A DNA stretch of 64,000 nt from Leidyana gryllorum EB-2025a (Eukaryota; Protista; Apicomplexa), in the NCBI GenBank assembly GCA_048772705.1, contig JBLWGC010000121.1:186001-250000 (forward strand). Reading direction: 5' to 3'. The position numbers and the translations under genes were made by a program. A model generated the notes under the pieces. It saw nothing but the letters and a program-made list of their open reading frames with translations, ran no database searches and was not told where the DNA came from. This document shows positions 44,901-58,464 of the stretch, in pieces (the first letter of the stretch is position 1; every line of letters starts with the position of its first letter).

Positions 44901-45721
44901 ATCTTATGGATGGATCATTGCGGCCAAGTCCTTTTCAGGCTCACTCACCCCTTTACAAATATGGGCGACCGTAACAGGTACCATCGCGCGAGCGGGGTGG
45001 CCAGAATTTCTATCGAGAGCGCGATGAGGGCGAGGATCAGCTGACCTCCCACCAACATGACGAGAGTTATTGGCAAAGCTTTGGAGGGCCACGTGGTTGG
45101 ACACTCCTGAAATACCGCAGATCCCCCGTTCTGCCGCCGAGCGTACGTTATGAACTGTACACAACTGCTGGCCAGAACCACAAACATCGTACACCTCGAA
45201 TACAACACAGATACTATGGCCACTCGAGCGGTCTGGGAACATAAGGTACAAACTAGAGAGGTAAACAGAAAGACCGCCAGCAACGTTATCGCCAACCACG
45301 GCGGCAATCGGAACAATGTCTCTTCTGGTGCCGACAGGAATAATATCCGACGCAACAACCGCATTGTCGGTGCTGCCGCCACCGCTGCCATCCCCTTTAC
45401 ACCCGACAGCTCACCCTCGTAAGCTGGCACTTCCACACACATGAACGTGTATAAGGCTAGCAGCAATAAGACAGCCAGTGTATAGTTCACCATCAACCGA
45501 CCAGCACTCGCGCCCGCGTGAAACGAGCCGTGATACCATCTCACATACGCCCGATATGCCATACATCGCACTGACGTGTTCAGAAACGGACTCAAATCTT
45601 CAGAACCCGTCAGCTCAATACGCCCCGTTGTGAACAAAGGACTCGTTGACGGAAGCAATCGCGGTAAACATTCCCGTGGAGAGGCCTCCGCCAAGAAGTC
45701 CAGATCCACTTGAGGCTGCAT
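41919..45721 (-). CDS. DUF900-type alpha/beta hydrolase with N-terminal TM region (multi-exon)
   Basis: VFIHGY, FLWPAG, HILAHSMG nucleophile elbow, NDEAL, DVID...LRHCFF; last exon ...GNVYTFRVPP...GV-stop at 41919. Confidence 0.75.
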
Positions 45722-45739
45722 GACAAAAACGCTACACGT

Positions 45740-47455
45740 TTAACGTAACCAACGGAATAACCATGGCAACAACGACCCCCCTGAACGACCTCCAGAGGAA
45801 CTGGCGCTGCAACGGAACAACTGCCACTCATTGTGCAATGTTGCCAACCGAGCCTCCCAGTGTTTCACATGCCTAATTGGGATCAACAGACCACCCGTTC
45901 GGCACGACACAGCCAACGTCTGTGCACCAAACGCTGGACACCACAGAGAAGGCAAAACCGAGTGCTTCTCAACCGCGGATTTCCCAACCTCAATTGGATC
46001 CTCCCAACGGCCCCACGCTTCCACTACAGCTGACAAGTCCCGTTCAGACGCCATCAGCAACGCCAACGGAGGTTTTAGGTGTACCCACTCGATTGCCCTC
46101 ATCGTCACTCCCATCAAATCCAACTCCTGTACCGCCCCGGCCACCACACAAGAAGCCAGCCAGTACACCAAGAAACCCGGCGGAAAGGCGAACAGAATCT
46201 GAATGCGCAAAGTCGACAACCAGCCAGCCGCTCAAACACACGCACACACACACCTGCACACACAGAGAGACACCAGAGCAGCACAGATTGTTATGCACCG
46301 GGAAGGCCAGCAAATGCGAACGCGATTTCGACAGCATTCAATGTATTTAGACAGACCGATCAAATTGATCCAACAGGATATGCATATCGATTACATGCGA
46401 TGTTTCCAACTTACATTCCAGATCTCCAGCACACGGCTGAAATCCGAGATAGTGTGAGCGAATAGAGTGACCATCCAGGGGAGCACGAAGTGCATTTCCG
46501 AGCCATCGCCACGCCACGTGTCGCTAGAGTATCCATGTCGTTCCCGCATGAGTTGATGCAGAGTGTGTGGGCTGAAGGTAGCCAACAAATCTGAAACCTG
46601 CTGCATCAGTTGGTGTACTGCTATTGAGAGGCGCAGATTGGAATGCAAGCCGTAGAGACGGTATGACAATATATCACAAATGAGTTTCACAATTGCATCA
46701 TCATCTTGGGAATCGCCTGCCACTTCCATAACCACCAGTGCCACATCGTGTACTCCTTGGAGGTATCTGAGTTCCAGTCTGGTCATGTCGTGGGACGGCG
46801 TGAGGCTCTGATTGGCGACATCGTGAAGGTTGTTGTTGTCGTCATCTTCATCGACCTCATCATCGACTTGGCTGGCGTCAATGTCGTCACAGCGGGTTTC
46901 GGATCCTGCTTTTTCCCTGGCAACGTTATCCTCGTCTACGACGGTGTGATGGTCTTCTGTGCCATCATTTCTCCGCTTCTTGGGAGGGCGCGTTCCGAAG
47001 GGAACTTTGGCCAATATCTGACGCAGTCTTCTTCTCAAACGCGCTCTCTCGGCGTCAGATATATCAGAGTGGATATTGAAGAAGGTAGCGGATCGATCAA
47101 TGTCCACCTGAGTTTGCCGTTCCAGTTCGGTTTGCGAGGGCGAGTCTGTATCTTCGTAAGCGTCTTCGGTGTCTACATTTTCAGCTTTCAGGGAGCTCAA
47201 GTAGGTACCTCCGGCGGCATCACTGATGGTGGTTGCCCAAGCCGTGTGCACTTGCTGCCACCGTCCGAACAATAGGGTAGGACACTCTGGCTGTAAGTAG
47301 CCTAATCCCTGGGCAAGTAGGGCGGCTCTCTGGAGTCGGCAATGAGCACTGAAAAAGGAGCTAGGTGAAGACAGTGTAGTCCCCACGAAGTAACTATCCA
47401 CAGCTCTCAGCATACATTCACAGACCTCGGTCGCATCGCACTCGGCGAACTTCAT
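45740..47455 (-). CDS. TBC-domain Rab GAP (TBC1D20/Gyp8-like); join 47455..46415, 46198..45740
   Basis: QVDIDRS, YLQGVHDV, FVLPWMVTLFAH...EIWN spliced in frame to ILFAFPPGFLVYWLA. Confidence 0.8.
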
Positions 47456-47470
47456 CGATGAAAAAGTTTT

Positions 47471-50400
47471 CTAATGGTGGTGTAGTAGTGGGGCCAGATC
47501 CTGCATCAGCTGGACGGCGGCGGTCAAGAAACACGAAATCGTCAGCAGACCCAACAGCAGTACCGTACTCTCTACATGATGTCGTCGTAGGAACCCCTTG
47601 GGGAAGACTCGAATACGGATGTTCTCCACATTTCCTGTTTACCAAAGTGTGATCGTCTTGGACATGCAGCGTGAATGTTCATTACCAAATATGTCTTCGT
47701 CCTGTGCGTAAGCGTCTTCGGCTCCCCTGATGGGTTCGGGGGGTACCGCGTTGTCACTGAGAACGTCCTCGTCTTCCATCAGCTGTTGCTCTGATTTTCG
47801 GCTCGCCCAGGGGTCGAATACCATGCTGGCTGTCAGCACGCTCTCGTTGGGAGTGTGACAGACACTCAGATCTGCAATCGGGCTGGAGCCCGAGGGGGGT
47901 CCCCGGAACGTGAGAGGCGGAGGAGCTAAGAGGTCTTCACAGCTTCTCCCCGTAAAGTGAGCGTTGCCTCCGGCTGAAGTGAATGGAGGTAGTTGACGGA
48001 ACAGGGGAGGTGGTTGAGAGATGTTAGCAGTGAGATTAGGGGGGGCGGTCCCACCGGGCCGCGGTTGCCAAGAGAGCATTCCTTTCTGTGACATAGATCG
48101 ACTTGATCGACCGAAATCACGAGCTGTAAAGACGAATTCGGACGAATCCTCGTCGTCCCGCGACGAATTCACCGACGATCCTGGAGCTTGGGACAGCTTT
48201 ATGGCTGGTCGCCACACAGTGTCTTCGGCGGAGTCGGTCTCTGAAGAGGACGCGGACCCATGACACACATTGGCTACCTACACGCAAACACACAAAGTGA
48301 AGCCCTTCGGAAGCAACTCGAGACATACCGTAACTGAAGTGTAGACATGTGCGGGTACCTGAAGGCTTCGGACGCGAGCTTCTGATCGTGCGAACAAATG
48401 TCTCTTTGTGCGGGGCGAGTCGAGATCGCCGAAACCTTGGCCTCCGTCGAACATCGACTTGGTTTTGAGCGCCACTCTGGATACATTGGATCTAGTGTGT
48501 GTGAAGGCTGGCCGCGCGAGTTCGGGGTGCAGGTGGTAACGCCACGCCTGGGGAGCGAAAGGGAGAGTCTGGACTCGGGCGGGTGTGTTAGTTGGACGTT
48601 TCGACAGCAACAGTTGTCGTCGACGTGTGTGGATGGTGTCCCAGTAGTGCAGGCGCCTGAGCTTGACGACCAGAGCGTTCGCCTGGTGGGGTGGAGTTCT
48701 CCGTTTCACACCAGCGTAGATACGCTGATGTTCCGGATTAGTGCGGTATGGCTGACCCGCGGCGTCGATTCGGGACGCGGGAGTGATTCCAATGCTTGAA
48801 CGATTCATAGGTGTCTGCATCTGAACGGGCGACACAGAGTGTGTGCTTTCGTTTCCCGGGAGAGACCAGCGCATCAGGGTGTTTAAAGGCAGCGGCGAAA
48901 GGCCCCCAGGCATCAGTCCCAGACTCTGGGACAGAGGATGGACGTCTCCGACTGGTTTCCCCCCCAAATTATGGGTGAATGGTGGAAGTATTGGTCTCGC
49001 TCCACTGGTCATTCTCCGTCTGGCACTCTTGGGACGTAAAGGGTTGCCCGGCATCATGACAGCAGGTTTCTGCATATCCTGCTGATAGCTCTCCGTACTG
49101 ACAGACGAAGCCTTTCCCGGTCGGAACGTCATCGGAGCGACTTCAAAATCGCGAGAATACGGATCAGTTGTGGGGTACTCGTCAGCGCCTATTGACTGCT
49201 GACACAATTCGCTCAGGAGGTCCGGGCTGCCCGCCCACTGTGAGATATACCACCCGAAGTCATGCAGGAAGATTCGAATTGCTGAGAGAGACGCGCCGCG
49301 CGTGTCAAAGAGAGCACACTGTGCGTCACTTACGAGACATAATTCTCTCCACAGCGTTCGGATTGCGCTGTGAAGGCCTCGACAAACTGCACGCTACCAG
49401 AAAGATCAAACACGGAGCCAGAAAGTTGACAGTAAGAGAGAAAACTAAGGCCGACCTGCGGTTAAGCGCAAACGAATGAGTGGAACAAGTTGGGAATGGT
49501 CGCAAGCGGCGAGGAAGAGGCTGAGGGAGAGGGAGAGAGCTGTTCCAGTCCAATGGCTCACCAAGTTAGAACGATAGAGAAGCGTCCGTTATCGCTCATC
49601 AGCCAAGCCACTATGAAAGGGCAAACAGAGCCCCAGAATATTGCTCGTCTCCGAGGTGCCAAGCCGCAGTTGATGAGGTTGTAGCGAGTGGTAATGCAGT
49701 AGACAAGGATCCCTGTTCGAGAAAGAGTAGAGGAGAGGAGAGTCATCCACAAAGAGCCGCAGTCGCTCGCTCGCTCACCTGGGGCCACAGTGATCAGATC
49801 GAATGCATAGACGAGACAGCTAGCCAGCAAAGAGTTGTTTTCTTGGAGGACGGCTTGCAGTATGTTGTCGCTGTGGGCGAGTGGATACGCAAATGCCATC
49901 ACAAAGCCGAATCCGTGGTACACACAGAAGGCGAACAAAGACGCTATCTTGATTGCCAGGCCTGTCTGACGAGTACGTTCATTGCCTCAGAGTGCCCTGC
50001 CGGGTTGTTACTTACCAACATCCACATCGTATGTCATCTCATTCGCCCAACTGGGTACCGTATTCACATAAGAGTAAGACGCCAAGAAAGTACTCATCAA
50101 TTCCCCATATCTTCCGTTACCAAACACAGCCGGCGCAACCGGAGATCCCAGACCTCCCAACATCCGCCGGCTGCTCGACGCCGACCGCCGAAGAATACTC
50201 CCTCGCGCTGGCCGATGCAGCAAACTCAAACACAACCAACCCATCAGAATCCCACTCTCGATGGTAACAGAAGCAGACGGAAAAAAGAGGGATTCCTGAA
50301 TCTTCCAGCAAGCGACCAAAGCCAACCCCCCCAATGTCATGAGTAGGAATGCAAACGACACATATTGTACTTTCATGTTCTCCTCCATCGTTTGCAGTGA

Positions 50401-51478
50401 AAGGGGTATACAGACTGCGGCCGTCAGAATATAGCCTAGTGAGATGAAGAATGTCAGTCGCCCATCAGCAGAAGAGTAAGTATTGTCGATGTCGTCATTG
50501 TTTGTGAAAATTAGTGGGATCGGAACTGGATATAACTGAAATACAGCCGTTCCCCCAAGCGTTTTGATCAGCAAATGATCGGCCGCCTGAGCCACCACGA
50601 TGATTGACATTATATTTTGCGCCTGACATACATACAGATCTATTTACTCCATTACAAACCCTACCAGCGTGGTAGCATAGAAGCAGACTTGTACAATATT
50701 GTGTAGTCTGTCTTGCAGGAAACACCGCATCACAGCCATGTACTCCAAACGCTTTTCGAAATTGCGGTTCCCGCGAACCATGGTCATGCATCGGAGCATC
50801 ATCAAAGTCCCGAGTGTTGCTGCCAAGCACACGAATGCATTCGCGCACAACGATGGAAGCCATCCGCACGCAGCAAAAACATTCGGAATCGCTATAACGC
50901 CTGCAGCACGGCTTGACCAACTGTGCAACAAGAACAGCAAGCGAGTCAGCCAGGCAGCGCACACGCGTGTGTGTGTGTACCGTCCACCGCGTCATCGCCA
51001 CAACTTGAATCTAAAGTGCGTGCTCACCCGTTCCGAAGATCTGATTGACCAAGTAGACGAAGGAAGCCTTTTGGCCAATTGTTTTCACGCCAAAGTCATT
51101 CATGATTGCGTTGCCTTTGGTCCAAGTCCTGGAGGTTCTTCCTCCGGCAGCAGCAGTATTAGCCGGATGCGGTTGATACCAATTGGTGCCGGAGCTACTA
51201 CGACCCGCCCTGAACCATTGGGAGAGTGTAGGTACGGGATTGAGCTTGATGTTGATGCCATCTTCATCGTCAGTAGGGTAGGAAGCCGGAATAAGAGGCT
51301 CTATGAGGGATTCGTTTTGGCGGAAGACGATTCTGTGTGGCTTGGAGGGCGGCGTATCGTCCGACAGAGTTCTTGAGGACAATGCGGGACTATTACGTCC
51401 CCCATGTAGGGGGTCTAAGGTGGTTGCACGGGTAAATGGCGTTGGTTCACTTTTCTCTACTAATGGCCCCCCAAACAT
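47471..51478 (-). CDS. AAAP/Aa_trans amino-acid transporter with very long loop before last TM (multi-exon)
   Basis: KTIGQKASFVYLVNQIFGTG-VIAIP, GWLPS, SYSYVNTVPSWANE; frame-compatible splices run to a last exon ...RVFPK...STVLLLGLLTISCFLTAAV...HHH-stop. Confidence 0.8.
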
Positions 51479-51504
51479 ATCGGAGCCAACGTCATAAAAA
51501 AGTT

Positions 51505-52857
51505 CTACTCAGCAGGATCGGATCTTGCGGTGGGGTAGTAGGGGTGTATGCTGTCGGAGTTGGTATATTTGTCCCAGACTTGACAATCGTCTGCTTCGAG
51601 GGCGGCTCGATAGCTGATGAGTTCAATCCCAGCAGGTATGGTTGGTTTCGACCATTTGGCGAACATGCGCTCCTTTAGACTGTCATTCCAGAGCTTCAGG
51701 GTGTCCAGGATGCTCTCCTCGTAACTATGGAGGGTTCCCCTCACTGAGCTTTGGGCCGGAGACGCTATGGGGCCATACATCTTGACGGGCTCATTGCAGT
51801 CGTCGAATTCTTTGGCGAGGAGTTCTCCAACATCGGGAACTTGACGGGTCGCGGCATTGGCGCGGTACATCAGGAGATCGCACCAATGTCGTCTCACTAA
51901 GAGTCTCATCTTTGACACTTTGGTTAACTGTCTGACGAGCGCTGCGCGGTCCAGCTGCTTGGCTGCCCGTTTGGCATCACCAGTCAAGATGGCTCCGACT
52001 TTTTCGACAATGGCCTGTTGCACCTCGCGACTGCGACAGACTTTCCTGTATTGTCTGGCCTGATCGATCAAGGCTGCGGTTTGGTTTCTGACCGCATCGT
52101 GCAAAGTCTCATTCTCGACCTGATTGATTTTGTCCAGATCGAACAGCGGATAAATGAACGATCTCGATGCCGGAATTCCGCTGATGCTATAGTGCCGAGC
52201 TCCTACGGGCAGAACGTCGAGTGTTTCTGGAAGACTCCCCAGTCCGCGTCCGAGAAAGGGAGTGACCGCCACTGCCGCTCCTTGCGGAGGAGATCTTGCT
52301 GCTGCTGCTGCGGCCGCTGCTGCTGCTTGGGCCGCAACCGGGGAACGTCTCTGCGTTCGAACTGCTGTTTCCGATGGATACTGATCCGATGTCTGCTCGT
52401 CTTCGTCCACCTCCTGAGTATTGGCAGATTCCTGTGCTGTTTGCATCCTGCTGGTAGCTTGTTGCATGTACTGCCTCCGGGCATTGGCAAGTGCTTGTTC
52501 TCTCTGCCTCATATACTCGAATCTGAGTCTGGCTCTGACAGCTTCGTCGTCTCGTTCATCGGGGCTATTGTTAATTATTTCACGTTTATTGGCCGTCTCG
52601 GCTGGCTTCTCCGGTGCCTTCTCTGGGGCCCGTTCTTCCTGGAAGAGGCTTTCTGTATACTTATAGACTTGCGTAAAAAAGGTGTCCACATCCTCGGGTT
52701 TTGACTGAAGGCTGAAGGTCCCCGCCACGGGAGCATTCACGTAATTCTTCGCTATCTGATGCAACCCCGAGATCCTGCACTTGCGCTTCGTGATTTTCGG
52801 GAGCGTGTGACTTGAAAATGAAGCAGATCGGCCAGGCGCGCCCCAAGGCGCCGCCAT
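51505..52857 (-). CDS. 450-aa hypothetical coiled-coil protein
   Basis: Long intronless ORF, first ATG 52857, Q/E/R-rich helices, poly-Ala. Confidence 0.65.
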   Translation of the reverse strand: MAAPWGAPGRSASFSSHTLPKITKRKCRISGLHQIAKNYVNAPVAGTFSLQSKPEDVDTFFTQVYKYTESLFQEERAPEKAPEKPAETANKREIINNSPDERDDEAVRARLRFEYMRQREQALANARRQYMQQATSRMQTAQESANTQEVDEDEQTSDQYPSETAVRTQRRSPVAAQAAAAAAAAAARSPPQGAAVAVTPFLGRGLGSLPETLDVLPVGARHYSISGIPASRSFIYPLFDLDKINQVENETLHDAVRNQTAALIDQARQYRKVCRSREVQQAIVEKVGAILTGDAKRAAKQLDRAALVRQLTKVSKMRLLVRRHWCDLLMYRANAATRQVPDVGELLAKEFDDCNEPVKMYGPIASPAQSSVRGTLHSYEESILDTLKLWNDSLKERMFAKWSKPTIPAGIELISYRAALEADDCQVWDKYTNSDSIHPYYPTARSDPAE

Positions 52858-52984
52858 CGGCGTCCGCGCAGTTGCTAACGCCGCAAGCGGTATGGTAGCA
52901 TTACTGAAGCACTCTTTCGACTTGGAATGGACGTGCCGACCCACCCTCATCGCCTTGAGCTCACAAAAAACTTATTGCAACTTG

Positions 52985-55900
52985 ATGATTTTTGGTTTGC
53001 TGCTGATCACCGGCAGCCTGGGGGTTGTGTGGGGACTCCCACTATCCTTCTCCTTGGAGCACAATTTCCCTACAGCTCGTCTTTCGGAGGTATATCAGGC
53101 CGTCAAAGCCTATGACGAACACCAAACACTCCAAAATTGGCTAAATGATCCCGTTGATCACATCCCAAATGTCACCACCCTACGTGGTGCCGCTTATTCT
53201 TCACTATTGGAGAATAAATGGTTCGCCGGCTCAGTAGCTTTCCAAAGCCAAGTTGCACTACACGAAGCAAATCTCATCAATATTTCCAATACCACCACCA
53301 CTCTCCTCTATGACTGGACTGCCAATACGCTATCAGTCGATGGTCGTCCACCATCGCCCATCAACTCAGAAGCGAATCTCACACACAAAATACAACAACT
53401 ACACAACTCCACCGCCTATCACACACTACGCCGTAGCGGCAGACAACATACCCTCGTAATCCGTCTGTGTCTACATACTCGAGATGACGTCCGTCAACTC
53501 ATGTCGCATTTCAACAACGCTCACTCGACAACAACAGTCAGATTCATCCTCAATTGCGATCAACCAGCGCCAACAACGATCGATCCGGATCACAAACTCC
53601 TCGGATCATATGTCGCCAGCCTCACTCTCAAAGATCCCGAGTATCGCACCAGTAAGCCAAAACCCAATACAGCGAATCTGTCAGATCCCACTCAATAGTC
53701 AACGAGGCCGTCGCTTCAGAAAGCGAGTCGGGCTCCATGCCCGACGCACGCGCTGCCGCCGAGGGAGAGCTTGACGAATCTTCAATCGTTAACAATGCTA
53801 AGACTCTCCACGAAGACTTGACTCTTTTGCAACTCATCAAAGATCCCAACCATCTGGGCCAATTGGGAATCTCCACCCTGTGGTATATATATACCCAGCT
53901 CAAATATATCCAAACCGCTTCTGAGCCTCTGAGCTCCCAACCCGTCAACGACACCACAGGAATCACAGCTGAAGGCGTTATAGCAATACCGTCGTGTTTG
54001 CGCCACCTGCGAGATGATCATTCCATAAACGTCGAGACTTCAAGCCTCTCCGAACTCAAGCTAGAATGCCTCTCTGACATTCTGACCAATCTCCCGACCC
54101 ATCTGCCGAAGATCGCCGCACGTAGAGGAGCGGCCAAGGACACACTCCGGAGAATAACACGGGCCAGCAGAATCATTCGCAACACTGTGGGCGGTCGTTG
54201 GAATGCCATCATGGTCAACGATCAAGTCAAGACATTTGCGTCATCAAGTGCTCACAACTCCAAAGCTATGCATCTCGGCTACATAACGGATGCGATAGAA
54301 CGACTGCTCCTCCCTGCCGCAGATGTCCTTGACTTGTTCACAAAGTAAGCAGCCCACCGAGCCATTTTTCCCACATCTTCAAATAGATCAGGCCTCACTT
54401 CTGAACATATGGATGTGATAGTATCCGGTCGTTCTTTCAATGTCAGCCACGAGCTATTGCCCGACCTCAGCAGAACGCCAATTGGCCGGCTGGTCAAGAA
54501 CAGTCAACGGCCCCTACGCGTAGGCAGTAAACGTGTTCGGTGAGAGACACACACATTGTGATTGTATACTTTCCTCGCCCACCAGGTGGGACTATCGACG
54601 GCAACCGATCCATTGCACGTTGCAGAGTCCCCGAGACCTCCCAGCCGTGGACGCTTGGGACGACTCGGAATTCATTCAAAGCTTACAGGACATACTGATG
54701 GGTTATCAAAAGGTTGTGCCTCTGGGCTTCAGACTGAACACGATCTACATAAATCTGCCACCATCACCAGAGGTTAGTGATTTCAGGCTTATAACCGCCC
54801 TTTTCCAATTCAATGACATGGGCACTGAGCTTCGACTACTTCCCTGGGCGGAATGCGAACGAGATACCGTGCTGTGCCGTATCCTGTTCGGTCAGAGGGC
54901 AAAGGAAAGCAAGCAGAAAGCGACTCAACGCCGTTCCCACCTCAAAAATCTGATAGAGAAGCTGGCTTCTCTAGAGCCAAGCCACCTCCAATCGCTGAAA
55001 GACAAAGATGTTTCAGCCATGTGGACTGAAATCGGTGGCGACAAGGCGATGATCAACGCCCATATGCCATCTATCAATCTTGAAATGCACTCTGCCTTGC
55101 CGCCTCGGAGTGTAGTTATCAACGGACACATACTCGAGACCGCAGGAAGCAGTGTCGAACGACTTCGAGCCACAATTCAGGTTTTGCTTCAAGAAGCGCT
55201 ACAGGAGTTGGGATTACTGCTCCTGAGTCAACTACACCGTCATGCTTTGCCCAACATACCTTCACATTACACGCGAGACCACGGCAATGTCGAAGCCGCT
55301 TTCACCCGTCAAAGTGATATCAGAAGATTCCTCATCAAAGCAACGGAGGAAAAGCAATTGTTGTGGGTAACACCGCGAGAGCGCTCCATCTACCAGTGGG
55401 TGGGCGGTCAGAACGACATGATCGAATGGCCGGGCGATACAGAGCTCTTCCCGACCATAGACGATTTCCACCTGCACTACAGCTCCAGTAGTGTCGCTCC
55501 TGAGCCTTTGTTCGCGTGGGACCATATCGAGCGCATGGAGGATGCAGACTCTGACATGCCGTCTGAACCAGTCGACTTTCAGTTGGTGGAAGCTGCCACC
55601 TTAGGTGCTGCACCGGTGGTCACAACCTTCCCCGCCGCCGGAGCCGGCGCTGCGGAGTCCGGATCGGCATTGTCACATCATGTAGTGATTGCTGTGCCCC
55701 GAGAGACTGCCGACGAAGGCGACATCGAACAGCTTGTCGCAATGTTGAAAAGAGGAGCGCAAGAGCACAGTCTGGGTGTGATTATCAAAGTCGTGCGTCT
55801 GGATGCTGATGGATGGATTGTTGACGGAGTAAGTGGCAAACGGAGTTATCGAACCCCGTGGAATGTCAAGGGGACTGTTTGGGTGGACGGTTTGGTTGCG

Positions 55901-58429
55901 AGTAATTTGACATGGCCGGAGATTGTGCAATCGATGAGAGATAGAATTCTGTGGAATCGTATAAGAGCTCTACTGGCAATCTCTGAAGGTCTGTACACTA
56001 ATCATATGTTGGCGTGCGTTGAGGGGCTCCAGAAACACCACAAATGGATCGGATATTGTCCAGAGCTGATTAACGAGGTGACGCCAGCGGCGCCTCATCA
56101 TCCTGAGCTTTTGGGTAATCTTCTGCTCCAAACCATCAATCGGATGGGACTCTTGCGTAAGTGACAACTACTGCCTCCATCTTGTATGCTGATCGACAGA
56201 ATCTGGGGAGTCCAAGGAAGAGGAAATGTCCACGACCCTCCGAGATCTGTTCGAAAAACCGGGCGCTGGTTCCCTCCGTATCAGAGCGCACAAGCCGCAG
56301 ACGCTGGGGTCACAAGTGGTGATCAAAGCTCTGGTGGACCCCTTGTCCAGGTTCGGTCAGCAAATCATCCCGACGCTCGCCTACATGCACAAGCATTTCA
56401 ATACTACTGTGGTTCTGATCCTGAACCCCGGAGCTTCGTACAAAGAGCTTCCAGTAAACCGCTATGTGCGGGTCGTAGCAGCTCCTCCCAAGGTCATCCC
56501 CACAGACACGTCCAATTCTCTGACAGCCAATTGGAACAGTGTTCAGACAAATGAGACGTTGACCGCTGCCATTGAAACATATCCTCACTGGAGGATCAGG
56601 TGAGCTGATTGCTGAATTCCGTATACCATTTCGTGCCCGTAGGAGTCTTGAAAAAGAGCTTGACATGGATAACCTGCGCCAAGTTGCCTTGATGGATACC
56701 AAACCCACGACCGCTAAATACTTGTTGAATGGACTCTATATTGAGGGTATGTCGCAGAATAGGATCTTGGAGGGTCCGGATGTTGTCGTACGAGAAGACG
56801 GACAACGCGAAGGTTCAGTATGGGAAACGCGTGTGCTGCCCGAAACAGCTGGTGGCAACCTGCTAGTCTTACGGCGCCAGGACACAGGCGAGGCCGTTGC
56901 TGACACCGTAACTCTGCGAAACTTCGGATACTTCCAGTTTCCGGTTGATCGTCCTGGACTCTTCTATGCCTCGATGGTCAACAGTGAAGACCGGCACACT
57001 ACGTTGGATTTGACTCGATATGGGATGCCAACACCGACGGATCTTGGAGTGTTTCAACTGCAAGTCAACGGATCCCACTGGGCCACAACAATGTACAGTA
57101 TGTCTACCTCAATCGATAAGATGTTGGATCGCACTCGTGTGTTACCCCTTAGGTGAACTGGAAGTGCAAGGGCTCGGGCCGGTATCATTAACATTAGATT
57201 TCTTGAGTGCCTCACAATCAATTTTAAACAACTATGGCACTCTGGCCAAGATGAAAAGCTGGGTTCGAAGTTTCTGGTCTAAAGATGGTGGAAACGTAGC
57301 GGATGGTGCCCTGCCCAAAGCGCCTGCTATCGCTGCCTATGAGACTGACCCTGATACTATTCATGTCTTCAGTCTGGCGTCTGGACACTTGTACGAGCGT
57401 CTGTTGCGCATAATGATGACTTCTGTGAGGACGCACACGAAGAACAAGTTGGTGTTCTGGATCTTGGACAACTTTTTGTCTGCTCAGTTCAAGGATACCG
57501 TTAAACGCTTGGAGGAAGAGTGAGTTGTGTTTTGGGATTACAGTAAGAATATTGTGTACCCTTCAGATACGACAACTTTGAGGTTCGCTATGTGAGCTAC
57601 AAGTGGCCGCCCTTTCTGCGCGTGCAGACCGAGAAGCAGCGCCAAATATGGGCATACAAGATACTGTTCTTGGATGTGCTCTTCCCCATTTCGGTTGATA
57701 GAGTCATTTACATCGACGCGGATCAGGTGCGTGGTTTGATGTGTGTCTGTTTCCAGTCCATGTGCGTCGTCCAGATCGTTCGGGCCGATGTTAAAGAGTT
57801 ATGGGAGATGGATTTGGGCGGAGCTGTATACGGATTCACGCCGTTTTGCAACGATCGGGAAGAAACAGCGCCTTTCCGATTCTGGGAATCAGGATATTGG
57901 AGCAAACATTTGGAATTGGGGAAGTACAATTATCACATTTCAGCTCTGTTCGTGGTGGATTTGGCAAAGTTCCGAGAGAGACAGATTGGCAGCGACCTGC
58001 GGGCGGCCTATCAGTCTCTTTCAGCAGATCCTAATTCGTTGGCCAATTTGGATCAAGACTTGCCAAACTTTACCCAAAAGCAGATTCCTATTCATTCTCT
58101 GCCTCAGGTGAGTGATGAGGACGTCTTGTCGCAGAGCCTCTCCGATACCAATGGCAATAGGAATGGCTGTGGTGTGAGACGTGGTGCTCTGATCGGTCAA
58201 AGACAAAGGCAAAGACGATTGATTTGTGTAACAATCCTTTAACGCATGAGCCCAAGTTGGTCCAGGCTCAACGAATAGTAGATGAGTGGATTACTTATGA
58301 CAAGGTGAGACTCGAAGAGTGAGGGAGCACAACTTGAATATTGATTGCAATACGCAGAGAGTAGCAGAAATCCTCCAGAGGGACGGAAAAGACGATGCTG
58401 TGGAGCGGCCTGTGAGGGAGGAACTATAG
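52985..58429 (+). CDS. UGGT: UDP-glucose:glycoprotein glucosyltransferase (multi-exon)
   Basis: Signal peptide; [24 protein letters not shown]...[34 protein letters not shown]; last exon ends in REEL, an ER-retention-like motif. Confidence 0.93.
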
Positions 58430-58464
58430 AACAAACTTCTTTTGGGTCCCTAATTAGTACAGCG

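Noticed and set aside
46044-46337. ORF taken as the first exon of the DUF900 gene
   Set aside because: Its start lies in the TBC intron 46199-46414, and the next exon continues the TBC domain
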